DNA of 58,131 bases, from NCBI GenBank assembly GCA_003427395.1, contig BFEA01000028.1, positions 583,072 through 641,202 on the forward strand, written 5' to 3'. The notes beneath the pieces are model-generated. The model searched no databases. It was not told the DNA's origin and saw only the letters and a list, made by a program, of their open reading frames with translations. Shown one piece after another: positions 1 to 12,589 of the stretch. The stretch comes from Chara braunii (taxonomy: Eukaryota; Plantae; Charophyceae). Every line of letters starts with the position of its first letter. The stretch's first letter is position 1. A program made the position numbers and the translations under genes.

Positions 1-90
<90 letters not shown>
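1..90. repeat. (CT)n then (GT)n microsatellite
   Basis: Directly visible dinucleotide runs. Confidence 0.98.
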
Positions 91-1019
91 TTGTCTAGTC
101 TCTCTTGTCTCTCCACTGCATGCTCACTGGCTATGGCCACAAGCCTCCTTTACCTAGTTCTCCACTGCACGACCATTGGCTATGGCTAAAGGCATCCTTA
201 GCCCGTCCTGGGGAACTACTGTTGTAGCATACGCACCTCAGACAGACACCAATTGAACGAGAACGGGGGTTCAGTTCGCTGTTGTAGCCACCGGCTAGCT
301 ACCATGCGGCACACGCCGCACAAAGAGAGAGAGCAAGGGGGCAAGAGCGTAGGTGACGCATCCAGCAGGCGGCACATAGCTCGTTAGTTCAGCCGCGCCC
401 TTGACACCTGACAGACTATCTAGCCAAGTCTGCCCAAGCACTGTTGGAGTTCCGAAATCCCAACGAGACTCTGAGGACACTCCCCACTGCACGAGACTCC
501 GTGGAAATTCCACTGCAGCTCACCAAGAGCACTATGACATAAACCAACATCGGACAACAACTTGCAAAGCCTCCAGAAAAAAGTGGTTCTAAAGCAGGGG
601 TACGAGGTTCTTAACCTGTGAATTGAGTTTGGTTGCAGCAGGGTTCTTTCTCTTTTTCTAACAACAAATTATGATCTTTTCTAGCATTCTTTCCTATCAT
701 GGATGTTTGTGTCAGTGCTTGTTTTGGAAGCAACCTGAGAAGACGCCTGAAGCTGATCAGCCCTGATGGTGGTCTGATTGGTGCACCACCACCAGGAGGA
801 ACAAGTTAGAGATTCTATTGGAATATTTGTTTTCCCCTTTTTGTTTCCCTGATGGTTGAGCTTGGGCCAGCCTTCTTTTTCCAGGACTTAACTGAATTTC
901 CACTTGCAAGTATTGAGTCTGGGATCCCATATTTTGGGTTGCCATTGCAAGCAGGCAAAGCAAATACATGTAATCTGCGCCATTTTCTGGACTTAGAGTC
1001 TAAACAGAACAAACGAGGG

Positions 1020-1142
1020 ATACCTTTCTCGGCCTTTTGGCTAAGATCAAGTGTAGTATCTGTTCTGATCTGATCAGTTTAATATCTGATCCGTGGTCCA
1101 TCGGACCACACGATATTAAAAAAAAAAAAAACAAAAAAAAAA
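1020..1142 (+). pseudogene. U2: U2 snRNA retrocopy, 3'-truncated, with poly(A) tail
   Basis: ATACCTTTCTCGGCCTTTTGGCTAAGATCAAGTGTAGTATCTGTTC...ATCAGTTTAATATCTGAT..GTGGTCCATCGGACCAC is the plant U2 5' domain (stem I, GUAGUA branch-recognition box, stems IIa/IIb). It stops before the Sm site and runs into an A tract at 1118-1142. Carries a 5-nt duplication (TGATC TGATC). Confidence 0.95.
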
Positions 1143-1149
1143 CAGACCA

Positions 1150-3129
1150 GTTATAGAGGAAGGTTGACTCAGGAGATCCAGTGGGACTCTCTGGGATGTG
1201 TTTGACCTTGGTAAGCGCGAGATTCAGTCAGAAACGCCCCAGTGTGAGGGCGTCAGCGCCACACCACTCCCGAATCGAAGAAAATTTTCGGGAGCGCTCC
1301 CGAGTGTTGAAACTCATGGGAACCCGTTCGGGAGTGGCCTTAACCACACTCGGCTCTCCAACAGGGCGCTCCTGTATTCAGACGCCGCATGCCGACACCA
1401 GCAGTCTGGCAAAAACGTTTGTCCTTCACGGTAGACTCAGGACTTTCAAGACCGAACTCGAACGTCCGCAAGAGGTCTCTCGAAAATGGAATTCTGCAGG
1501 CGGGAGGACAATCTTGGGCATGGAAATCTGACAGCTTCTGAATTCAATCTGACACATTGAATCTGGGAGCTGGTGTGGCGACGCGCACTCCTGGAGTGCC
1601 CATTTCCAGGAGTGGTGTGGCGAGGCCCTGAGTATGGCCTCCTAACCGCCACGCGAGAGGCAGGAAAGAAAAGAGTAGTCATTATAAAGCGCCGCCAGTG
1701 GCATGCAGGAGAGTTCCGAGACCACCCCCACAGGCACCCTCAGCAGGAGCAGTCGGACCAAGGAGGTTGGAACAGAGGTTGGAACAGAGGTTGGAACAGA
1801 GGTTGGAACAGAGGTTGGGACAGAGATTGGAACAGGTTGGAACAGAGGTGGGAACAGAGGTGGGAACAGAGGTGGGAACAGAGGTGGGAACAGAGGTGGG
1901 AACAGAGGTGGGAACTGAGGTGGGAACAGAGGTTGGAACAGAGACTGAAAACAGAGGTTGGAGGAGGGACTGAAAGAGAAGTTGGAACAGAGGTTGGAAC
2001 CGGGGTTGGAACCGAGGTTGAAACGGAGGTTGAAACGGAGGTTGGAACAGAGACTGAAAAAGAGACTGAAAAAGAGACTGAAACTGAGGTGGGAACAGAG
2101 ACTGAAACAGAGGTTGGAACAGAGCATGGAACTGAGGTAGAACGGAGGTTTGGGAAACGAGGTTGGAGCACAGGCTGTAACAGGCAGACAGGTTCAGAGG
2201 TAAGCTGGAACAGTTTCTGGAACTCCTTTACAGGTGCTGTCGGTAGGTGTAGAGAGATCCTGCAGCTTTGGCATAGGCATGTGCAGTGGGACTCTGGGAG
2301 AGAACCAGTTCCTGGTGCTTTTCTCTACAAGTGGCTTTAGTGGCAGTCATGACAGTTGTACACCATACAGGACATTTGATGTAGAGGTTCTATGTAGCTA
2401 TCAATTGACATCTAGGGCCCGTGGGGGGAAGAACTGTGAAACGGTATTCACCAGTTCGCAGTAGCCGATGCAGATCCCAGGGCTCGATCCCTAGTCCCCA
2501 CCTTACCTGTGTACAGTACCTGTGCCGACCCCGAGAGTTGAACCCGTGACCTGTGTATTCGGAACAGTTGGTAGACTGTCATCGGGTCCGTAGGTAGCAG
2601 GGGTTCGATCTGTAGGCCTGTCGAGTAGGAGTCTTAGTCAGGTCTAGAAGTCGTAGCTGTAGATTTCCCGAAGGGTCAAGGTCGTAGCTGCTACAGTCCA
2701 GAAAGGTCAAGGTCGTAGCTGCTACAGTACCGAAAGGCCAAGTCTACGGCCTTCCGGAAGGTCCGAGTAGTGGCCTTTCGAAGTGGCCCACGTTTAAACT
2801 GAGGCAAGTGGGCAAGTGGTGGAGTCTACCTCTGCTGAGTCAGCAGTCCCAGTCCCAGTCAGTCCTAGTCCAGTCAAGCAAGTACCGCATGGGACTGTGT
2901 GCACTACGGGCATGGGAAAGGGCCAGACCAACGAGCTGCAGAAGTATAAATCAAGAGGCAGCGCCCAGCCATTCATTCATTCCTGCGCGAGCCATGTGGA
3001 AGCGCTGCCACAGCGACTTGTGCTAGGTGGTCTGCAGTGAGCCTGAAGACGAAGTGGGCAAGAGAGAAGGAGCGTAGCCATAGCGATAGGGTAGCAGCGG
3101 CCATAGCCGCCATAGCTGTAGATAGTGTT

Positions 3130-3163
<34 letters not shown>

Positions 3164-3230
3164 AGAGTATCGCGTGTGGGATATCCAGGGTGATCCTGTG
3201 TGTGCGAACAGAGAGTTGTGTGGGCGCTTA
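1150..3230 (-). mobile_element. Probable decayed LTR-retrotransposon gag/5' leader region
   Basis: Ser/Pro/Thr-rich (SVPT)n reading frames on the minus strand, repetitive leader; no catalytic motif seen, boundaries approximate. Confidence 0.35.
1762..2165. repeat. 12-bp minisatellite (GGTTGGAACAGA/GGTGGGAACAGA)
   Basis: About 30 degenerate 12-bp units in tandem. Confidence 0.95.
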
Positions 3231-5189
3231 GTCACCATAGCCATTGAAGTGAACTTGTACCTGAGCTGTGTACTTGACTACCATATCTCTGAGTTTTGAG
3301 TGGGCGCTTGTCGCCAGTTTGCTGCGCATTTGTTTGCATGCATGTAAGGTGTGAATGAAAGCGAGTCTGATTGCAACTGACTGATGGCTTTATTGCTGAC
3401 ACCTGATACAATCCCCAGAGGTTCCACATTGGGACCCATTTACATCTGTGGTTTCTGGCATCGAGCCCTTTGTCAATCTGACACCATAGATAGGGACTGG
3501 GTTTCAGTACGAAAGCGCGAAAAAGCTTGGCCTTTGGGAGGACTTTGCTTGTTTTGCTGAAGCATGAGGCTAAATAGTGGCTGTGCACAGCATAGAAAGG
3601 AGAACGGTATGGGCTCACAGTAGCAGATTAAGCAGCAGAGGGGACAGGTGAGCATTGGATAGAGATCAGTTTTCTTATAGCAGAGGACACTATTATGTTG
3701 CTGCCACTGCTGCGGGGAAAAAAGAAAGAAGAAAAAAAAAAGGTGTCGGAACAGAAGATCTGCAGTGTGGGACTGCAGTCTCACAGCATTAAAAAAACTG
3801 GTAAGTCGTTCGCACGAGGGCAATTTCCTAAGCGGGCGATCATGATTACCTACAACAGGCCTTCTCATTTTTTAGGCCTTCTCATTTTTTTCTTAGGTTG
3901 GAAGATCTTGATGGCAATGGCAGCCAGCTGATGATTCCTGAAAACTTTGGTCTACGTCTGAATAGCGAGCGCTTGTGCCAACGTAGAAAAATATTGTCTA
4001 GTCGTCTCGTTGTGGTAAAAGAGAAAAGGCGAACGTCTTGTGGGGACAATTGATATTTTATTGTTTTCAGTATTCTTCCCCTAGGTTGCCAGGTCCACCC
4101 AGCCCAGGCCAGAGGGGACGGCTCCACCCGACCAATCCAGGTGGGCCAAAAAGAGCCCGAGAAGGCAAGATTGCAGAATTGCGGGAAGACCGGCTTTGCT
4201 GGAAGGAATGGCATAACTCACTCCAGGAAAGAGCCTCTCAACAACAAGCGACTTCTGCAGAAATGATTTTTTTTCCTTGAAAATTCTGAAGTCGAATTGG
4301 AGCCGTGTTTTCATTTTATTCATATTTTTGAGACTTTTTTCTTTCAATTTTGCGCTGGAACTGCCCAGCACCTTTGCCGGGCAGGCCTACCCGGGTGCGA
4401 TCTGGGCCTGGGGTCCAGGCCGCATGGACCATAACATAGATTTTGTCCAGGTTTTGCCATGGGATTGGTAAACATGGAGACGGAACGGAACCAGTATTAT
4501 GCAGTGATGCCCATCACCAACAATAAAAAAGAAAAGCAAAGAAATCAAAAGAAATCAAATGCAAGAAAAATGAGAAATAGCGACATTGCAGACTTCCAGA
4601 TTGGAAAATCACATTGATAGCCTGATAGTTCAAAGCTGTCGTCTAGAAAGGAAAAACATACTGATATCACACCGAAGGAGAACCAAAGCAGCGATCCCAA
4701 TTGTCAATGAAAGCATACACGCTCCACCACCAACAATGTCCTCGAAGCTCTGCCTCCTACTTGGCGCTCAGCACCCAGACTACGCTCTCACAACTACCAT
4801 GTTAGCGTATCCTAATGACGAAGCGGCCCATTGACATCAGCAGCAGCGACCACAGTTGACCATGCAGACCTCCGCCAGGACCAGGTACGTACTCTCACAT
4901 CCTCTCCCTTCTCTTGCCCTCTCGTGCTCACCAGCATCTTCTCCACCCACGTGCCATCTCAATCCGAAGACCACCACCGTACCCTGCTGACTTTGTCCAA
5001 GCCCAAGCCTGACTATGGGGGCTTGAGCGGCGCCCTTCCTTCTCGTGACTGGGCTCGCACTCATGCACCCAGCGCATGGTCAGCAGGCGCGAGCACTCGC
5101 TCCAGCAGCGTCAGAAATGAACTTTTTTTTTTTGAATTGGCACTTCATCCACCCACATTTTCTTAAGTACAGCCTGGCCTCAGAAAAAA

Positions 5190-6008
5190 TAAAATGAAAA
5201 AAACTCAAGGTGAGCCAACCCACCCAAGTGTTTTTTAGAAAATTTCCTCCCACAGCCGACCCGCCAGTCACTCGTAAAAGACGTTCACCCTGACCCACCC
5301 GCACTCGCGAGAACAAGATTACCTGCCTGCACGGTACCTAACGATTTTCCACCTGCACCCGCTCCTTCAAAGATTTCCACACACCATAGTACCAAAACGA
5401 CATCCTTGGATGACGACGCGAAAATTTGAAGCATCCCCACCTCGCGCCGTCCTTGGACGACGGCGTGAAAATCCGAAGCGCTCCACAAGTTTGAGCGAAC
5501 CTTGCTACCTGTTGTGGTTAGGTTCGATCCCCGTTGATTTAATAGGAGCTAACATCCTGCTGTTAGGCCGTGGTCCAGCTGCCACCGGTAGAGCGCCACA
5601 CATTTTTACGAGGAAGATCGCAAATTTTGATTTGCCACTGGCACGACTCCTGTTTTTTTTAGGACCACAACTTTCTTTTTCCAGGGGCCCCTAGGATGGA
5701 CATGGTCCGTTTCCTGCGCCTCCAACTTTTGAAGTCCACAGTTGGACCATAGCTGGAAAATATGTACGAGAGGGGGGGGGCGGGGGGGTTCCTAGGTCTG
5801 TGATCGGGTGACCCAGGCCTAGCTCTCACCCGCCTGCCACCCACCCATTCGGGTGAGCCAGGCCTAGCATTGACCCGTGCGTCACCCACCCAGGCTCGCT
5901 CGCTTAGACCCACCCTCATCCCACCGATTCCAGTTTATCAAGACCCACACCTGACCCAATGCCTCGTGGGTGGGGTGGATGCGGGTGGGTGTGGGTTGCT
6001 CATCTCTG
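5190..6008. mobile_element. Terminal region of an hAT-like DNA transposon
   Basis: Dense ACCCG/ACCCA subterminal motifs ending in TTGCTCATCTCTG (CAGAGATGAGCAA on the minus strand); partner end not identified. Confidence 0.45.
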
Positions 6009-9000
6009 AGCAGTGCTGCTGCTCGCACCACCAAGTGCCCGAATGTCTCATCCAGTGGCGAGCTCTTTCCGAAATGGAAAGTGCTCGCCCGCTTTACTGC
6101 TGGCCCGGGCTGCGCGGGTGCCCTCTAGCTTCGAGTTCTGCCAAAGTGTCTGCGCCCAAGCCCTTTCAGACAGTGGCCGGGACCAATTTGGTAAGGAGTG
6201 CCTAACCACCCAGGCACAAATGTGTGGTGTTCCCTGTGTTCTTGGAAGAGCCTAGAAGGCTCACGAATATTTCTGATTCTCACGAGGAGGGCGGATGTAA
6301 CCAACTCGCATGTGGTAGCTGTCTGGCGCTCACTGCACCAAGACTTGCAAAATTGAAAAATTCAGGCCTCATTCAAGTTGAGATTCAGGGGCCTGCCTTT
6401 ACTTAGGGTGGGCACATACTTGCTGTCAGGGGCCCTCAAGAGCATGCCGAGGATCAAAATCCTCGCAATCCCCCCTCCTTTACTTCGATAGTCCTCTGAG
6501 AAGTCTTCAATCAGCAGCTTCCCTTTCAATCTTCTCTCTGAGTCATGTCTTGAGATCACCTGAGGAGCAGTCCTCGTTAGTTCTTCTCTTGTGAACCACC
6601 GGTCTTCTTTAGGATCAATATGATGTCTGAACTGCACTCTGTACTGTATCTGTGGTTCCGGACGGCTTTCCCCTGCCTGGAGGCTTGGGGCACAGGCATC
6701 AGCTTGTGCTCAGCTATGTCGTCAATGTCCACGTGTCCGTCCATGGTTGGGGGCAGCATTGATCTCCTTGAAGGAAACAGACAAGTCTGTGCAAAAGGAG
6801 CCAGTTTGGAGGCGTGAAAAACAGGGTGAGTACGAAAGTGGCCAGGGATGCGAATGACATATGAGGCCCCGTCCAGTTGATCCCCAACTACGTCCAAAAC
6901 TTCCCACGCACCGAAGTATTGTGGCAGCAGTTTTCCAGATATTCCCGGTTCCTATCCCAGCTTATATGACTTAACCCAGACCCGTTCTCCAACCTGAAAC
7001 GTTGACGGATGTCTGTGCCTGTTCTCAGATGCAACCATGCCATCCTGTTTTTTTTTTATATGCTCGACAGCCTGCTGCAGCAGCTGTTCAAACTTTTCAG
7101 CAAATTCTATGCTGCCTGGTGCTGCAGTGGGCCGGTTGTCCGGCAGTAGGAAATCAATTGCAGATTCTGGCTTCCAACTGAGATGTAGCTGGTTGGGAGT
7201 CGCGCCCCGATGGTGTTGTACAGAGCGTTGTTGTATAGGCTGGAGAAGAGAGGTAACTTCTCATCCCAGTCTTCTTGGTTGGGCTTAATATAATGTCTCA
7301 GCAAATGTTGCACTGCCCAGTTCATCTGGTCTGCCCGTTTGACTCAGGATGAACTCGTTTGCAGCTGGGTTCCCATCTGTTGGGCCGTACTTTGCCACAG
7401 TTCGCCAGTGAACCTAACGTCGCTGTCGCTGACAATGGACTTAGGAAGGCCAAAGTCACGCACCCAATTATCCACAAACAGCTTTACTACATAGTCGGTC
7501 CTAGCGGTTTCAGGCATGGCGATCAGTCTAAAGCGTACTTACTAAATTTATCCACGATGACGAAGATGTGACATTTGCCGCTTTTGCTGGTCATGAGAGT
7601 ATCTGTGAATTCCATGGACACACTTTGACCAGGACTAGTAGGGATAGGAAAGGGGCTTGATAAGTCCAAGCGGTTCCGGCGTCCTCAGTTTGTTACGCTG
7701 ACAAGCTTGGCAAATCTGAACATACATTTTTGCATCATCCATCATTGTGGGCCGCCAGAAATGTTGCGCTGGCCAGTTGCGTCGTGACACTCACCTAAAA
7801 ATAAACTACGAAAAAACTCTTTAGATGGGACACAAAGACATTTACCTTCCACCTTATCGAGGAACAACAAACCATCAATCAACACAAACTCATCAGATGT
7901 GGCATTATCCTTGGCCTAAAGTTTGCACATGATCTTTGACATGATGGGGCCCTCTCGATAGGCTTCCACCATGGATCGAGTCACATCGTTAGATATCCCG
8001 AACTCGGTCACGAGTGCGCCCAGATAGTCTGGCCACCTATACAATGCATCCGCTACCGTATTGTGCTCTCCCTTCACGTGGTCTGGTTTAAAATCATACA
8101 TATCTATAACTTCATTCGCTACCTTATTGTACTCTCCCTTCACGTGGTTTGGTTTAAAATCATACATATCTATGACTTCAATCCATCATTTGAGTGCGTT
8201 AGGGAGAGCAGGTTGCTTTGTGATCCAGCGAAGTGTCTCATGGTCAAATCTCATATAGAATCTGCTAAGGAGGTAATGCTTCCAGTGAGTCAATGTCTCT
8301 AATAGGGCATAGAGTTCCCACTCGTAAGTGGACTTGGCTAGTTTATGAGACATCTTTTTGCTTATGTATTTGGTTGTTCAACTTCCCCCAACCTTGCTAT
8401 GTAAGGATTGCGCTAAAGTCATATTGTCTAGCGTTTGTGATCACAATGAAAAGCAGTTTAGGATCCAGGAGCTTGAGGATTTCGTAGTGCGTGAGAGCAC
8501 ACTTCAATTTTTCAAGCTCCCTCACACTCATGGGTCTACTCCCACGGAGTGTCAAGGCGTGTGATGTCAGTTAGTGGGAAAACTTTAGTGCTACAGTTTT
8601 TTCACAAACGGACGATAGCAGCCCGTTATCCTCAGGAAGAACTCACCTCAGTCACAGACTGAGGTCTCGGCCAGTCGCGTATGCTGACCACCTTGGCATC
8701 GTCCGGCCTCAATCCCTCTATCGAAATGTCATGACACAAGTACAAGATCTTGCTGTGACAAAACTCACATTTCACCAAGTTATCCCTATATTGGAGCTGC
8801 CTTAGGAGCCCTAACATTGTCTTGACGTGCTCAACGTGCTCCTCTACAGTCCTATTAAAGATGTCATCGAGGTGTACGACGATAAACTTAGTAAGGACTT
8901 TAGATCTATCTTACTAAAGTATCGGCATTCCTGCATCCTATTCAACAGGTTGTCGATGCGGGGTAGGGGCTCGACGTTCTTAATTGTGATGGCATTGAGG

Positions 9001-9468
9001 CCCTTATACTTAATGCACATCCTCAAGGTCCCCCCTTTTGGGGGAATAACCAGGTATAGCTCACCGCAAGAGGGCGTTCTAGGCCGGATGCAACCTTTCT
9101 CTATGAGCTTCTTGAGCGGTTAGTGGAGTTCATTTAACTTCGCATGAGACATTCTATATATCCGCCCTCTAGGTACCTTGCTATCTAGAATGATTTCAAT
9201 CGCATGGTCTACCCCCCTTTCGATGACGCCCTTAGGCTCCTAAAAAAGGTTTGGATATTGAGCGACGACTTCTTCTATTTCTGGGGATGTTTTTACGACC
9301 TCCCATTTTTCATAAATAAAGACTAAATACATCTCTCTCTCACAATTCTGCTTTTAATGATTATAGAAAGTTGAAGCGCACATGCAAACTTAAGATTCGA
9401 CTAACCTGCTTGCTTTGTATTTTTGCAGTCTAACGGTCCTCTCATTTAGCAACTTGTATACCGTTACC

Positions 9469-9796
9469 TTTTTTTTTTTTTTTTTTTTTGAGGAAAGAAC
9501 CCCGAGATCAGCTTGAGGTGCTGGTAGGAGCAGACACCTCAAGCTTCCTCGGGGGAGGCTCCATCTATTGGTGGGGAGGTGCACCTGCTGGAAAACGGGC
9601 CCAACGTCCTTGTAAGCATTTGTGCAAGAAAGCAGGGATAGACTGAAACATGTGGGGGGATCGCCTTGTCGATATGAACACCGGCAGTAATATTCAATGA
9701 GACACTAGCTACTTCCTCATTTATACACTGTATGTTGGTCGATGTTGAGGGTGGCCACATCCATTCACTTTCATTCATTCTCCTCCCTTTGGAAAC
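9469..9796 (-). mobile_element. 5'-truncated LINE 3' end inserted in Gypsy pol
   Basis: Poly(T) 9469-9489; imperfect TSD TATACCGTTACC (9457-9468) / TATTCCGTTGACC (9797-9809); carries the shared LINE 3' RNA motif. Confidence 0.85.
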
Positions 9797-10379
9797 TATT
9801 CCGTTGACCTTAAACCCTAAACCTTTTATGCATGATTGCTTTGGCCCGGAACCCTCACTTTTTATAGACTATAGCAGGGCGAAGTTTGATTGTACATATA
9901 TCATCCTTGCTTATACTATGCCGCCTCCTTGCTTGGTAGTCAGAACCTCTAAGCCTTCGGGAAGTTGTACCCCTACAGACTCCATGGCGGTGAATCTGAG
10001 ACTTTGCCCATCTATTCTATACACCTTCAACACAAACCATCCTTGCTTATGTCCCACCTCCCTCTTTAGTAGCCTGACCCCTAAGTCTTTTACCTTCCTA
10101 TCCCATTCAAACTGAGGCTTAGCAACCTTGAGGTGGTACATACCTAGCAGCATATCAAAAGACAACTCTTCGCTAATCATGAATGAAATTTTATCATTTA
10201 GTTTCCCTTCTCCATAGGGGAAGGTACAAATTGCGTCCTTTACATAGACTTTCACTACCATGTTGTGCTTGTCGGCTAAGGTCGATGCTGCAGATCTGCT
10301 AAGCCGCTGCACTTGGTCGTTTAAGCACAACCTTTTCTCACAAACACGATTGGTGAAATTTTGTGGCTCCAACCTTACG

Positions 10380-10503
10380 GCCACCAATAGTGCACAAGAA
10401 ATGAAATATAAAACAAAGTCGGCCACCAATAGTGCACAAGAAATGAAATATAAAACCAAGTCGGCCACCAATAGTGCACAAGAAATGGAATATAAAACCA
10501 AGT
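10380..10503. repeat. 42-bp tandem repeat x3
   Basis: GGCCACCAATAGTGCACAAGAAATGAAATATAAAACAAAGTC repeated three times with no spacers. Confidence 0.9.
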
Positions 10504-12589
10504 GTTTATAGCATTGGCACGCAAGACGAGTTGAACTATGATTGGCAGACGACCACAAGGATAAACTGATTGACATAAAATCTCAAGATACGTGGACAAG
10601 TGGTTGGCACGCGATAATTTGACGTGTAGATTGTTCATAAGAGGATCAAGAATGACACGTTCTAAGTGATGGTCGTAGCCGCCATAAACGTCATAACCAT
10701 TAACCTAAGGCGCAAACATAAATTGTGGTGTACCGACGCAGTGTCAATATGTTGTTACTATTCTTCATAGACGACCCTGGTTGCGACGTAATGACGTGTC
10801 GGCGATGGACTTATGACAGCGCAAGAAATATCTACAAACTACCTGAACACAAAGGAAAATGAAACAACACCATTTACGAGTCTCTAGGGTCCTTACACAA
10901 CCATTCTCGCTTTATCTCATCTAAGGACTCGAACACATTCGTTGAACGAAGTATCTCAATTGATTCGGATATGTTTGCGGGGCGATATGGGGGACATTAG
11001 CTACGACCAATATATGAAGTGAAGAGGGTGAGGGCACCACTTCAGCATGGGTATGAGCAGCTAACTACTACTGGACCGATGTGTTTCCCTAAAAAGTGCT
11101 CGCAGAGGCACCACCTGAGGTATAATTTCCCGCAACTACGATTGAGGATGCTACCTTCGATGTAACTCGCTCTTGTAGCGGACCATTATATGCACATATT
11201 GATCACAATTTAGGCACACGCCTCGAGCAACGTGGTGATGCCATATATCGTATTCTAATCTAAGTTTCACCCATATAGGTAAACCTTGTTCCACTTGACC
11301 CTTGGGTCGACTTGCCTTATGTTTTCTTGCCTCCTTAGCATTTTTTTTTTAACAGGGGCTACTAATCTACCCTTTGAGGTCTCTGTGCCCCCGTCTTTCT
11401 TTGTTTCTTCCCCAATACTAGAGAAGTTTTCAATCTCAATTGTGTTTCTGTCATAACCAACAATCATGAGAATGTCTTTCTTCTTCCAATAAGAGGGAAT
11501 TTTTTTCTTCCTCTCATTCATCAGTGTCTATTGTGCATTCCCAAGTCTCGCCTCTTATCTCTAAGGCCTTCTTACTAAACGAAGAGAAATCATGTACATT
11601 TATCGAGGCCTTAACAACCAACTTATTGTTGATATTTGTAGGAAGGCATCGTAGATAAGTTGTCATAAGTACATATGGATCATACCACACATCTGGGACA
11701 GCGATCAAGTGTCTATTACCTCGTGGACCGACTGATAATTCCTGGATGCTAGGCCTGCCAGCAAGTCGGTAGCCTTTTGTACCCCCTTAGGGTCATGCCA
11801 CCTCTTGTAAACCAACCATTCGAACTCCTCCAAAGTCCGGGTCTACACCTAGGCATCGATGTTATGGCCGAAACTGTGTTGCTATACTAACCCGTCTCAC
11901 CATCTTGTTGCTGGTCCTTCTAAAAGGAATGCAGTGATAATGACCTCCACGGGCCTTGTGAGCTTGTGCCTGGTAATTGATCTTCCAAAAGATCAACCAT
12001 TCTGACTGAACGACATCATCCCTTTCAAAATGGGAGGGAGAGTCTACCAAATACACATGGCACATAAGTTTAGGCCATGATGCTTCAAATGCAAAGCATA
12101 TGACCATCTAAGTACATAGTTCGCATGTCCATTTCATCCGCAACACTCCTTTTGTGTGTCTTCTGTGAATCATTTTTTTCCCCCCCTCATCTCCCTCTCT
12201 CTCACACACTGGCAAATTGAATATGGAAAAAGGGAAATAGTGGAGAAGAAAGTCAAACGAATATACGGGGGCGAGCATATATATGACCCTGTGAATCACC
12301 GATGATTTTTAGTTATGACTTTGTTATCCAAAATGCATAAAATTATGCATGGGCATACCTTTGGTCATGCGCATTAAACCGTTGAGACGTCTTTCAGCTC
12401 TTTAGTGTGGACGTGGCTGTCTACCCGCTGCATTGGCATGGTCTCAACCTTCCGGACCAAAATGGTTGGTGGCACCGCCCAAAAGGAAAAAAATTGCACG
12501 TGCATTAATATGTTTTTTTTGTGCTATCACACAGACTTTCAAGAGCTTCTCCCCGACGTTCAGCCAGTGGCATAACAAACCCTTGTAAC

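Larger units (their letters stand above)
6400..12100 (-). mobile_element. Degenerate Ty3/Gypsy LTR retrotransposon (gag-PR-RT-RH-IN remnants)
   Basis: Minus-strand fragments: integrase (LLRHYIKPNQEDWDEKLP; RTHPVFHASKL), RNase H end (HVKGEHNTVADAL), RT (RMCIKYKGLNAITIKNVEPLPRIDNLL..FSKIDLKS), protease (FDMLLGM..L), gag-like region near 11500-11900. Many stops and frameshifts. Confidence 0.9.

Noticed and set aside
1573-2340. 255-aa plus-strand ORF with WEQR/EVGT repeats
   Set aside because: Product of a stop-free 12-bp minisatellite that is open in several frames.
10380-10503. CRISPR-like 42-bp repeats
   Set aside because: Head-to-tail units with no unique spacers, no cas genes, eukaryotic context.
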